A stretch of 64,000 nt of DNA from an uncultured virus (IMG/VR IMGVR_UViG_3300020576_006994) (lineage: Duplodnaviria; Heunggongvirae; Uroviricota; Caudoviricetes). Position numbers and translations under genes: made by a program. The notes beneath the pieces were generated by a model that ran no database searches, was not told the DNA's origin, and saw only the letters and a program-made list of their open reading frames with translations. The stretch is from IMG/VR virus record IMGVR_UViG_3300020576_006994. One strand, given 5' to 3'. Of the stretch, positions 1 to 9,661 are shown in pieces; position 1 is the stretch's first letter; each line of letters begins with the position of its first letter.

Positions 1-518
1 GCCCAGAAAGATGCGATAAGCTGGTTGCTCTCGTTAACACTAAAGACTCCATTTACGCCATATACGTCGCCGCCAGCAGAGATACCAACGGTTGTGATGG
101 TCATTGTAATTACGTTAGTATCTCGATTACCGACACCATCAACCGCACGAACTCCAACATAATAGGTCAATCCACTTTGGAGAAGATCTCCATTTGGAAG
201 ATTGAAAATATCGTACTGAAGCTGACTAGTGCTTGCTAAAAGATTTGGTGACGTAAATAGTCCAGCTGGAGTGGTGTGCCTGATGTAAATCTCATATCGA
301 ATAGGAGCTGATGGATCAGTAGCAGCCGCCCAACCAGCGCGTACTTGGCCAAGAGATCCGGTAATCAAAGAAGAAATGCCAGCAAACGTTGGAGGAGTAA
401 GGTCAACAATGCACGCCTGTGAAGTGCTCATAATGGCATCACCAGCGTACAACTTCGGAGGTATTGTCGGGGCAGACGTACCTTGCGACGCCTGCCCTAT
501 GACATAAATATCAGCCAT
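1..518 (-). CDS. Virion structural protein with a fibronectin-III-like domain (partial; runs off the window edge)
   Basis: ATG at 518 just after the stop of the upstream gene. Open frame MADIYVIGQASQG...PPTFAGISSL...WAAATD...YEIY...TYYVGVRAVDGVGNRD shows an FN3-like pattern. No stop before base 1. Confidence 0.6.
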   Translation of the reverse strand, partial: MADIYVIGQASQGTSAPTIPPKLYAGDAIMSTSQACIVDLTPPTFAGISSLITGSLGQVRAGWAAATDPSAPIRYEIYIRHTTPAGLFTSPNLLASTSQLQYDIFNLPNGDLLQSGLTYYVGVRAVDGVGNRDTNVITMTITTVGISAGGDVYGVNGVFSVNESNQLIASFW

Positions 519-528
519 TTGTTATTCC

Positions 529-2610
529 TTACGAGTCTTTCAGCGAAACTCGAACATCGACCCCTGGAGGTGACGGCCAAGTGTATCGAATCTTAGTACC
601 CACCACATTCGGAATTGTTCCAAGAGGTAACCAAGTTGCTCCATCATCCGTAGAGTATTGGAAGTTTGACGGATGAGACGCGATTGTCTGATCAGTCAAA
701 AGCGTTCCACCAAGATCATATGCGCGGAATCGTAGTCCAGTTGGGATCGCAGATCCGTACGCATATTTCAATCGGAATGCGGCCCGAGATGGAATCAGGT
801 TCGTTGAATCATCAAACGAGAATTCCCAATTATCTGAAATCTCAGCGTTTTCAACCGTCACGAAATCTAAGTACGCAGTTTGTGTGGCTGTTTGTGACAA
901 ATAACCGAGTACTTGATAGCAAATCTTAAACTGAATCTGGGTTCCAATCGGAATGCTCAATTCTTGATCTCTTGGAATGGAAACCCAGCCACCAGTTGCA
1001 GATCCGAATCCGCTAGTCCGATAATATGAATCAATTACATTTGAATAATCATAAAGCTTGTCAACTTCAATCAAGTGCTTCATCACTGAGTCTGGAGCAT
1101 CTACAACCTTTGTGATCACGCAATCGCGTTCAAAAATTGAATCAGAAGACATATCAAGGCTGATAAGACCACGTTGTCCAGTGGTACTTCCGACGAACAT
1201 CGCAATACCATTTGCAATTGAAAATCCTGAAACAGCAGCTGCTCCAAAGATTACACTTCCATATGCCGGGATAGTTGCTTCGTAGTAGTCGGTATTTGTA
1301 CGACCGCCACGAAATACATATGAGTTATTTACGAGGTATTTACCATAGTAGAAAGTACCGTTTGAAATAAACACAAACATGTCGAGAACGTTTGAAAACT
1401 GAACAAACGTTGCTGTTGGAGCCACAACTTGGTTGACTGATCCGAGGATGTTCGCTGTAGTGAGAGATGGCCAAGTTGTAACACCTGATGTCAATTCACT
1501 TAACTTACCCATATACAAGTTAGACGTTGTACCGAATGCAACGCAATTTGCACCAATCAAACCTCCGTAAGAAGCGTGAGTTGGGTTTGCCAAAGTTTCA
1601 CCGTTGTTAATTAACAGCGTACCGACAAGAGCTGGCAAGTTTCCAGTTTTATGAACAAAATTGGAGCCTGTTGTTCCGTAAGCACGTCCAATGGAGTGGA
1701 CACCAGCCTGTGTACCTACAGTACTGATAGAGGCACCGCCAGATGTGGCCGATAATTCGAAAGTATTGGCCGTTTGGTTTCTTACAAAATACACCGTGTT
1801 TGTAGTTAGGCCAGAGAACGAGCCAGTCGTTTTAAACAAAACAGGGTCGTTTGCTGCAAAGCCGTGAGCGTTCAGTGTAAATACTCCAGGAGCGGCGTTA
1901 GTCCCCGTAATAGTACTTTCCAAGAAAGTTGGAGCAATTGCCGTGTCGTATACGTAGTACTGATGCGTCGCGGCAATACCGTTGTGGACATAAACCTTAC
2001 TGCCCGATACATCGACAATACCACCTGCTGTAACGGTGTTTAATTGACCTACGCCAATGTTAGCAGGATCTTGCAAGAGATAGTTGGCCTTTTGATCATT
2101 TCCGGTTGCTACGGGAATGGTAATGACTCCGAGTGGCGTGAAGTCTGCAAGATCTACTTTGTTTGCCAAAAAGAGGCCGCCGTTAATTAAAATCGTAGCC
2201 GTACAGCCAAGATAAATTTTCCAGTTGGTTGTGCCTGAATCGATTACTTCAAAAAACTTAAATACCGTAGTTGTTGCAAAAGCTGGGTTTGCAATGCTAA
2301 GCTTTCCTACGTAAGAAAAGGCACCTGATAAAACGTTATGGTTATAACAGGCAATTACCAAGTTACCGGCTGTTGGTGTACCTACAATAAATACTCGAAC
2401 TATATCGGAGTTTATGTTCTTAGAGATATAAATTGCACCAGACGGCACGATACCGGCATCGGTCTGAACATCTGCCCAATTTGGTACCGATGGGCCAAGG
2501 CACGGCTCACCGCCAATTGTTTTTTGTGATACACGCCCAAAAATGGTCGTTTTAGTTTGGTCGTAAACCGACACAACATCGTCTAGCAGTCCAAGCTCTT
2601 TATAACCCAC
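529..2610 (-). CDS. Tail/baseplate-associated structural protein (693 aa, beta-rich)
   Basis: Long TAG-free ORF rich in G/T/S/A/V. Contains the module GVFTLNAHGF...TVYFVRNQTANTFELSAT, typical of phage tail-associated proteins. Confidence 0.6.
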   Translation of the reverse strand: MGYKELGLLDDVVSVYDQTKTTIFGRVSQKTIGGEPCLGPSVPNWADVQTDAGIVPSGAIYISKNINSDIVRVFIVGTPTAGNLVIACYNHNVLSGAFSYVGKLSIANPAFATTTVFKFFEVIDSGTTNWKIYLGCTATILINGGLFLANKVDLADFTPLGVITIPVATGNDQKANYLLQDPANIGVGQLNTVTAGGIVDVSGSKVYVHNGIAATHQYYVYDTAIAPTFLESTITGTNAAPGVFTLNAHGFAANDPVLFKTTGSFSGLTTNTVYFVRNQTANTFELSATSGGASISTVGTQAGVHSIGRAYGTTGSNFVHKTGNLPALVGTLLINNGETLANPTHASYGGLIGANCVAFGTTSNLYMGKLSELTSGVTTWPSLTTANILGSVNQVVAPTATFVQFSNVLDMFVFISNGTFYYGKYLVNNSYVFRGGRTNTDYYEATIPAYGSVIFGAAAVSGFSIANGIAMFVGSTTGQRGLISLDMSSDSIFERDCVITKVVDAPDSVMKHLIEVDKLYDYSNVIDSYYRTSGFGSATGGWVSIPRDQELSIPIGTQIQFKICYQVLGYLSQTATQTAYLDFVTVENAEISDNWEFSFDDSTNLIPSRAAFRLKYAYGSAIPTGLRFRAYDLGGTLLTDQTIASHPSNFQYSTDDGATWLPLGTIPNVVGTKIRYTWPSPPGVDVRVSLKDS

Positions 2611-2619
2611 GATAACTCC

Positions 2620-3528
2620 TTAAATTACTGACCATTCGTCATTTTCATAAACATATTCAGTCCCAACCAAGGTCCAGGAGAACTGGCGAACCAATGTCAC
2701 CCCTGGAAAGGTCGGGCTTGTGTACTCAAATTTATCCAAACGCCGATCCTTCTTACTGGAAATATCCAAATAGAAGGCGTCGCGCTTTCTGTCCTATGAG
2801 GCTAAAACCATTTGACGCACGTTATTCACAAAAACATGCTGAATTCCAGTAACGGTGCCATCTTCTGTACCAATGCTGAATTTACTCAAAGAGCTGTTGA
2901 GGGCCGTCACAATCTATTGCAACTGAGTGATTGCATCCGCGTCGTAGGTGTAGATCTATCCGCCTGAGGTGATCCGCGCCTATCTCTTTATTCCACCCTT
3001 GGTGCCGTCTTCCGAGCCTGCAATCAAGACGTTATCTGGATCCGGTTTATTGGATGGAGTTATTGCATCTAGCGCTACAGAGATGTCTTCAATTGTGACC
3101 TATGCATCCACCTATAGTCGAGTTCGTCCATCCGGACCAACAACCGTATCAACCGGGAGGCCAAATTTATTGACGAGCAAATTCCTGAGAGCCACTGCCG
3201 GGTCTTTCTGGTAAACTGCTTGCAGAACTTCGTCTGGCTTAATCAGGCGCTTCTGCTGCTGTGGCTAGAAGATCTAAGCTGAATCAGCGACCAGGTAAGC
3301 AGTTACATCAATAAAGGAATTGATGCCTTTATCAACTTGTCCGACTTGAATTGTAGTGGGAGTGACGACCTTGACTTCAAGGGTTAAAGGAGGCTGAGTA
3401 GACGAGGTGAGGGTCACCGATTGCTTGGTGAAGAATCCGGAGGCGTCTGCCACCGTGATTACGCCATCTTGTGTGCCGTTAGCCGTAAACTGCTATAAAA
3501 CAGCTTCCCAGCTCTTCTCCATCTACAT
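2620..3528 (-). CDS. Putative virion protein, 302 aa, 10 in-frame TAG (absent from the ORF track)
   Basis: AAAGGAC upstream, then ATG TAG ATG GAG AAG (M*MEKSWEAVL*QFTANG...). The frame has no TAA/TGA until the TAA at 2620-2622, just before the next gene. Confidence 0.75.
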
Positions 3529-3648
3529 ACCATGTCCTTTATCCAGCCCATGCTGGAACGGCCTAGACCAAAAAGAAAGCCTTTAGGTCCACCAATTAAT
3601 GGAATTACTAAAGGCTTGTATTCTTGCGTAAATGTTTGTATTTAGGGC

Positions 3649-4389
3649 TTATTCTGTAACAATGCCGTGCGGAACAAGGACGCCGAGAGCTGGCGAAAAC
3701 AGGGCAATTTCGTTAAGAACGGCAGAATTGATGCCAATAACGAAACCTTCGACGTTAAGGAGTGGGCCGCCTGACATTCCAGGGTAAAGAAAGCCTTTGC
3801 CCTACAGCTGGAATCCGTAGGTTGAGGTTAAAGTCACCTGATTACAGAATAGCTTATCTCCCCATGGATAACCGCAGGTAAAGAAGGGCGAACTAGCATC
3901 GTAAATTTTTGTTGGATCTGTTTCAAGGATGAGGCCATTGAATTTAGAGAAGTCTCCAATCAGAACGGCTGTGTCAGCGTGGTGATTGACACCAACAACC
4001 TTAACTGTAAGATTTACATCCTGTTTATTTTCGTTCTCGATGCGGATCGGATTTTCATTGGCAAAGCCAAGTTCATCCACGACGCAATGAGCGGCTGTTA
4101 GAGCATACCGTGAAGAAATTACAAACGCTGAACAATAAAAGCTACCATCATCGTCGGTGAGACGAAAAACCTAGTTATTAAGGGTGACGTCGTCAACTGG
4201 GCGGTCAGATCGAAACGCGGGGAGTGGCTCTTTTTGCTCCTCGGTTTGGATTGTTGGAATCATTCGCTGCATCACCGTGCCAGCTAAGCGAGGTGCCAGA
4301 TCCCATATAATTGAGAAGGCTGTTACAGCAACGACAGATAGGATCTAATAGGTTAGGATTGACGATAGACGCTTGACACTTTTCTTCAT
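3649..4389 (-). CDS. Trypsin-like serine protease with N-terminal hydrophobic segment (3 TAG)
   Basis: Read-through frame gives CSAFVISSRYALTAAHCV (catalytic His), DTAVL (Asp) and YPGMSGGP (Ser). The Ser motif lies downstream of the TAG at 3802. Confidence 0.85.
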
Positions 4390-4454
4390 TTTTCACCTTG
4401 TTTTAGGGTTTATTATGTTGTAGCATGATATGCATGGTAAATGAATCTCGTGTG

Positions 4455-4631
4455 ATGAAAAAGCATAAGCAAATTAGGAATCAGCTTGGGGTTCAGCTTG
4501 GGAATCAGCTTAGGGATCAGCTTAGGGATCAGCTTTGGGATCAGCTTTGGGATGAGTTGAGGGATCATCTTAGGAATCAGCTTTTGAATCAGCTTTTGAA
4601 TCAGCTTTGGGGTCAGTTGAGGGGTGGATGA
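4455..4631 (+). CDS. QLxx tetrapeptide-repeat mini-protein, copy 1 (58 aa)
   Basis: ATGAAAAAGCATAAGCAAATTAGG, then a 12-bp unit NNNRRTCAGCTT, ending TTGAGGGGTGGATGA. Confidence 0.7.
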   Translation: MKKHKQIRNQLGVQLGNQLRDQLRDQLWDQLWDELRDHLRNQLLNQLLNQLWGQLRGG

Positions 4632-4828
4632 AAAAGCATAAGCAAATTAGGGGTCAGCTTAGGGGTCAGCTTAGGAATCAGCTTGGGGGTCAGTTTTGGA
4701 ATCAGCTTGGGGATCAGCTTGTTGATCAGCTTTGGAATCAGCTTGGGAATCAGCTTTGGAATCAGCTTGGGGATCAGCTTAGGAATCAGCTTTGGAATCA
4801 GCTTGGGGATGAGTTGAGGGGGAGATGA
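4628..4828 (+). CDS. QLxx tetrapeptide-repeat mini-protein, copy 2 (66 aa)
   Basis: ATGA overlap with copy 1; same head and the same 12-bp repeats. Confidence 0.7.
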   Translation: MKKHKQIRGQLRGQLRNQLGGQFWNQLGDQLVDQLWNQLGNQLWNQLGDQLRNQLWNQLGDELRGR

Positions 4829-4841
4829 AGAAGAAAAGTAC

Positions 4842-4870
4842 TTGCAAAACTAAAAACTAGCCATTACAAT
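4842..4870 (+). promoter_or_regulatory. Sigma70-type promoter for the 4906-8216 operon
   Basis: TTGCAA-17 bp-TACAAT, followed by AAAAGGAGAA before the ATG at 4906. Confidence 0.6.
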
Positions 4871-4905
4871 AACAAAAACCGGCGAAAAGCCAAAAGGAGA
4901 ATACG

Positions 4906-5529
4906 ATGTCAGAAAGTCAAACAGTAATCGACAAGCTCACGCCCGAGCAAGAGGCAATGATCCCAGTGTTTCGTGAAAAGTTCCGTGCAATCGGACTTTC
5001 AACCGAGCCAACAAACCGAGCAGAGGCAGAGCGAGCCGTGATTGACTCGTACCTGTACTTCAAAAAGCCGGTTCCGGAAGTGGTTTGGGCAAACAGCCCG
5101 GCTCACGGAGCAAAAATGGCGGCGCAGGCGCTTCACGGTCGCGAACAAGTGACGACGCAGGAGATTCAGGAGCAGGCTGGATCGGCATCTTACGGAAGCT
5201 TTGAGGCGTATTGGGTTTCTCTGTACTCTTACATTGCAAACGTACTTCCGGTTCAAAAAGACGAGCTTGCCGATATCGCCGAGCGCATCGTTACGCACTG
5301 CGGCGTGTACTGGACATTTGAGGATCTTGTAATCCTTACAGAGAAACCAAAAGAGATCCACATGAAAGACGGCAAGCTCCATCGTGAGGACGGACTGGCT
5401 CTTGTATATGGCGACGGAACTGGAGTTTTCGCAATCAACGGCGAACGCAAGGCGTCATTGATGGATGTTGTTCTTTCTGAGCAATATTCAGAAAAAGAAA
5501 CTGAAGCGGAAGAGTCGACAGAAGATTGA
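4906..5529 (+). CDS. DUF6745-like protein
   Basis: N-terminal KLTPEQEAMIP...TEPTNRAEAE and C-terminal GKLHREDGLALVYGDG...FAING pattern recalled for this family; strong RBS. Confidence 0.6.
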   Translation: MSESQTVIDKLTPEQEAMIPVFREKFRAIGLSTEPTNRAEAERAVIDSYLYFKKPVPEVVWANSPAHGAKMAAQALHGREQVTTQEIQEQAGSASYGSFEAYWVSLYSYIANVLPVQKDELADIAERIVTHCGVYWTFEDLVILTEKPKEIHMKDGKLHREDGLALVYGDGTGVFAINGERKASLMDVVLSEQYSEKETEAEESTED

Positions 5530-5581
5530 TTTTGGTATAAAATAAAAGGAAATAGCGCCTTAGGGCAGAAAGCAGGAAATT

Positions 5582-6661
5582 GTGAACATTGCGACTTTTA
5601 AGCGAATTGCACCAATTCTTTTCAAGCACAACATCGTTCCGTATCTTCACGGCAATCAAGGTCTTGGCAAGACCCAGGTGACCGGCCAGATCGCGGACAT
5701 GATGAGAGAGATGCGCGACGACAAGAACTTCGGATTCATTCCGCTTCACTTGGCTACTCAAGAAGTCGGCGACTTGGTCGGCCTCTTAGTTAAAGATGAT
5801 GCTGGAAATGTGCGACATGCACGTCCAGAGTGGATGCCAACATCAGGCCAAGGTGTCGTGTTCCTTGATGAAGTGAACCGCGCTCACCCCGAGGTCTTGT
5901 CTTGTATGTATAGCTTCTTGACAGAGAAGACTATCCACTCGCACAAGCTCCCTGACGGATGGGTGATTGCAGCGGCTGGTAACTACGACAGCAACCGATT
6001 CACAGTCACGAACACAAGCGACACTGCATTCAAGAGCCGATTCTGCCATATTGATTTCGTTCCTTCAGTAGAAGAGTTTGTAGCGTTTGCTGAAACTCGT
6101 GGAGCCAAAGACGTTGCAGCCTTCATTCGAGAGAATCCCACTCTTCTTGAAGCAAAAACAGATGCTGGGCAGTTCAATGTTGCCCCTGAACCAGATCGTC
6201 GAGCTTGGCTCGAAAAGCTCGCTCGCCTTGAGAGTGAGGACCTTGGTGATGCACGTTTTGAGGTTTATGCTGGCTGTATCGGAACGGCAGCAGCTGCAGC
6301 ATTCATGTCTTGGAAGTCGAAGCCGGAGCGTGCAATTTCGATCAACGAGATCTTGACAAACTACAAGACGATCCAGGCTCGCGTCTTGAAGATGTCAAGC
6401 ACCGAGGAGGGCAACGAGCGTCGATTTGATGCACTAAACCAGCCTATCGACGAGCTTATGTCGCGACTTGAGTCAGAACAGACCCTTCTCGAGGATAGGA
6501 CAAAGCTCGAAAACATCAAGCAGTTCTTGATTGATGTTCCACGAGAGCTGGCACTCAAGGCATTCAACCGGATGGGAAAAATTACAATCTTCTCTGGTAA
6601 GAATGATATCTTGAATAATCCGGAATATGTTGCTAACTTCAAGAATAACGCAACGAAGTAA
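5582..6661 (+). CDS. MoxR-like AAA+ ATPase
   Basis: Walker A GNQGLGKT, Walker B VVFLDEVNRA, IAAAGN sensor and AFKSRF arginine finger; adjacent to a VWA gene. Confidence 0.85.
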   Translation: MNIATFKRIAPILFKHNIVPYLHGNQGLGKTQVTGQIADMMREMRDDKNFGFIPLHLATQEVGDLVGLLVKDDAGNVRHARPEWMPTSGQGVVFLDEVNRAHPEVLSCMYSFLTEKTIHSHKLPDGWVIAAAGNYDSNRFTVTNTSDTAFKSRFCHIDFVPSVEEFVAFAETRGAKDVAAFIRENPTLLEAKTDAGQFNVAPEPDRRAWLEKLARLESEDLGDARFEVYAGCIGTAAAAAFMSWKSKPERAISINEILTNYKTIQARVLKMSSTEEGNERRFDALNQPIDELMSRLESEQTLLEDRTKLENIKQFLIDVPRELALKAFNRMGKITIFSGKNDILNNPEYVANFKNNATK

Positions 6662-6676
6662 GGGAAAGGGCATAAA

Positions 6677-7837
6677 ATGACTATGTCGAATCAGGCCAAG
6701 GTAATGTCTTTCAAGGATCAATTTGAGGGAGCTATCTATAGTCTTCTGTCTACAGAGCCATTTTATGCCAATTTTTTACTAAACTCTCGGCTGATTATTG
6801 ACTCACCGAGAGTACCAACAGCTGCTGTTTCAGTGATGAACGGAACTCCAGTGATTATGTTCAATACCAAATGGATTGCTGAGTCTGCACCTACTGTCCT
6901 CAATCTGACTGCAGTAATTAAGCACGAGATTCTTCACCTATGCCTTGATCACCTGGATAAGCAGGTAAAAGATCGCCTGGGTGGAGCGGTAGACGCATAT
7001 GTTTGGAACATTGCTCAGGACTGCATGATTAACCAAGAGATCAGTCGAGGACTTCCTGAAGGATGCGTCACTCTTGAATCGCTTGAAAAGGTGGTAAAAG
7101 AGAAGCTTCTCCCTCGTGAAACTTCGCACTATTACTATGAAAAACTAAAGGACTTCAAGCAAGAACTTGAGGATGCGTGTATTAAGGCGATGGATGAGCA
7201 CGGGTCCATGGAGGGAACTCCGGAGGAAATGCAGGCTGCGGTGTTCAACGTAATGCGACGGGCAGCTAATGCCTCTGCTGGAAACGTTCCGGATCCACTA
7301 GTTAAAGCGCTTGGCGCAATGATGAAAGATGCTCAGATTCCATGGCGCCAGGTTTTATCAAACTTTATCGCCAGAGCGGTTAGCTCGAGCACTCAGAACA
7401 CAAGGAAGCGGATCAATCGACGCTTTGAGCTTGATGCTCCAGGAAAGAAGAAAAAGCGTGAGCTTACTCTTGGGCTATGCATCGACTCTTCTGGTTCAGT
7501 GAGTGACGATATGTTCGCCTCGCTAATGAACGAAGTGATGCACATTATTCCAAACTCAGCGCTGTCTTACTTGATTCAGGCGGATTGCGAAGTTCACAAG
7601 ATCGAAGTGATCAGAAAAGGAAAGAAGCCGGCCTTAGAGCGTGCAGGCAATGGCGGAACGGCTTATCAGCCTGCAATCGATGCTTGCATGGAACGAAAAT
7701 GTGACGCAATCATTTATTTGGGTGACATGGACTGTGCCGACACTCCAGTTGATCCAGGAATTCCGTTCTTGTGGGTATCAGTTGGTGGTAACATGAAAGC
7801 TCCAGGCAGCTTTGGACACGTAATTGGGATTTCGTGA
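6677..7837 (+). CDS. DUF2201-type metallopeptidase-like + VWA protein
   Basis: PTAAV...KHEILH (HExxH), WNIAQDCMIN, MIDAS motif IDSSGSV, GNGGT and YLGD. Confidence 0.85.
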   Translation: MTMSNQAKVMSFKDQFEGAIYSLLSTEPFYANFLLNSRLIIDSPRVPTAAVSVMNGTPVIMFNTKWIAESAPTVLNLTAVIKHEILHLCLDHLDKQVKDRLGGAVDAYVWNIAQDCMINQEISRGLPEGCVTLESLEKVVKEKLLPRETSHYYYEKLKDFKQELEDACIKAMDEHGSMEGTPEEMQAAVFNVMRRAANASAGNVPDPLVKALGAMMKDAQIPWRQVLSNFIARAVSSSTQNTRKRINRRFELDAPGKKKKRELTLGLCIDSSGSVSDDMFASLMNEVMHIIPNSALSYLIQADCEVHKIEVIRKGKKPALERAGNGGTAYQPAIDACMERKCDAIIYLGDMDCADTPVDPGIPFLWVSVGGNMKAPGSFGHVIGIS

Positions 7838-8216
7838 TGGAAATCAGACGTCGGGCTATTTGCTATCACGTAAGCCAAGTGAGGATATGGGATGTTTTGT
7901 TCGAACGAGATTGGGTGGAGCTTGAGGCCGGTGTTACTGGTCCACTAGAAGAGGGCATTTACTTTATGCTACATGGAATGAGCTCCATCTCTAATTGCAT
8001 GCAAGAGACAAGACCGCTATGGCCACGCTGAAAAGGGAGGCAGGTGGGATCCGGATGGTAAAAATCTGGGACACGCTGCTAAACAGTCAATGGCAAGGAG
8101 TGGCTCACGATGCAACTAGCACAATCCTTTTTCATCTTTATAATGAAAACAGACGAATTTTTGACCATTTAAAAGCATTATCTGCAGGCGAGCTCAGACA
8201 GCAACCTCTGCCCTGA
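7834..8216 (+). CDS. Two small hypothetical ORFs (7834-8031 and about 7995-8216)
   Basis: Translationally coupled to the VWA gene; both contain a V(R/K)IWD(V/T)L...W pattern. Confidence 0.45.
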
Positions 8217-9060
8217 TTGTAGGGTGCGGATCATAACCCTAAAGAACTAGATGCTCCATCTTAATGAGATCAATGTCTTGGGGGCAGTCCGGCGACAAAC
8301 AAAGAGTCGGCTCTGACTTAAGTTCACGAGACAGCATCTCTCTGCATTGCTCAATGTGATTTGAGTAAATATGCGCATCGCCAAGCACATGAATGAACTT
8401 ACCAGGTTTTGCCCCAACTGCATGAGCTATCATGATTAGCAACAGTGAATAGGAGGCGATATTAAACGGCACACCAAGAAATACGTCCCCTGATCTTTGG
8501 TACATCTTGAGATCAATGCAGTCTCCACGCTTATAAAGCTGGAAAGACATATGGCACGGAGTGAGCTACATCTTATCAAGATCCTGGACCTGCCATGAAT
8601 CTACAACAATTCGTCTACTGTCTGGGCTGTTTTTGAGTAGATCAATTGCTTCTGCCAGCTGATCGACGTGAGTCTCAATAAACTGCTCTTCGTGGCGAAA
8701 GCCACTTCGTCCTAAAACCGGCACCAGGCTCTTAACGAACCTAGATGCCCGCCTCCATTGCTTGCTGTAAATAGGGCCGAGGTCGCCATCCGGTTTTGCC
8801 CATTCATTCCAGATTGTAGATCCCATGGCCAACAAATCATTGTTGTTCGTGGACCCAGAGATCATCCAAAGAAGTTCTGCTGCCATCGACTTAAATGGCA
8901 CGCGCTTTGCCGTTAACAGTGGGAATGACTGCGATAAATCAAAAACCATTTGCGGAGCGTCAAATACAGAGATTGTACCGACGCCAGTTCGGTCTTTTTT
9001 TTCGATTCCGTTCGCCAAAACATATCTGACTAAATCAAGGTACTGGTAAGTTTGGGTCAT
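8194..9060 (-). CDS. thyA: Thymidylate synthase (288 aa; TAG at 8566 and 8239)
   Basis: KDRTGVGT, FPLLT, ELLW, GDLGPIY, PDSRR, DKM*LTPCH (catalytic Cys), YQRSGDVFLGVPFN, GDAHIY, and the C-terminus L*GYDPHPTIRAEVAV-TGA. Confidence 0.95.
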
Positions 9061-9124
9061 GGCTTCCTTAAGGGAGTGAGCACTCCCCATAAAATATTGA
9101 TGAAAGGCCGGGCATCAGTGTGTG

Positions 9125-9661
9125 TCATTTGTTTCTTAGGTATGATGTCATTCCATACCAATCTTCATAAGAAAAATTATCTTTTTTAGATTCATTGCAA
9201 CGCCAACAACAAACAACGCAATTATCAGTGCTGTATCCTAATTTGTTGTTTTTTCTATCTAAATTATAGCTAGATCCGTTTTGATTTAAATTATGTTCAG
9301 CCCAAAAAACAGACTCGTTGCAATAGTGACAATTTTTAATTTTAGTAAATTCTAAAAAATTTTCAAAAGATAAAACGGTTTGCTTGCCTTCTCTCTTGGC
9401 TCTATAACAGAAGGTAGTATATAGCGCCCTAAAGGGCTCTTTTCTGTTTTTTTGTCCTCTTAATAACGCTGCTGTTTTATCTGCACAGTTTCTGCATTTT
9501 CCAGAAACTTTTTTAATATCAGACTTTCTTAAATGAATTTCTTCTCCACAAGAACATAAGTAAACAAAAACAGTTTCTCGTTTTTGGTACTTTCCTTTTT
9601 GTAAGTTTTTTCTTACATATTTATATGTCCTAATAGGGTCTTTAAACTCCACAGACCCCAC
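9125..9661 (-). CDS. HNH-like homing endonuclease between nrdJ and thyA
   Basis: CSCG...CRNC, CHYC and LDRKNNKLGYSTDNCVVCCWRCN motifs; visibly AT-richer than its neighbours. Confidence 0.8.
   Translation of the reverse strand: MGSVEFKDPIRTYKYVRKNLQKGKYQKRETVFVYLCSCGEEIHLRKSDIKKVSGKCRNCADKTAALLRGQKNRKEPFRALYTTFCYRAKREGKQTVLSFENFLEFTKIKNCHYCNESVFWAEHNLNQNGSSYNLDRKNNKLGYSTDNCVVCCWRCNESKKDNFSYEDWYGMTSYLRNK

Noticed and set aside
4205..4396. Track ORFs MKNEEKCQ... (4205-4396) and MYEDGFAK... (11886-12077)
   Set aside because: They overlap the protease and CYTH-region genes, recovered by TAG read-through, in a different frame.
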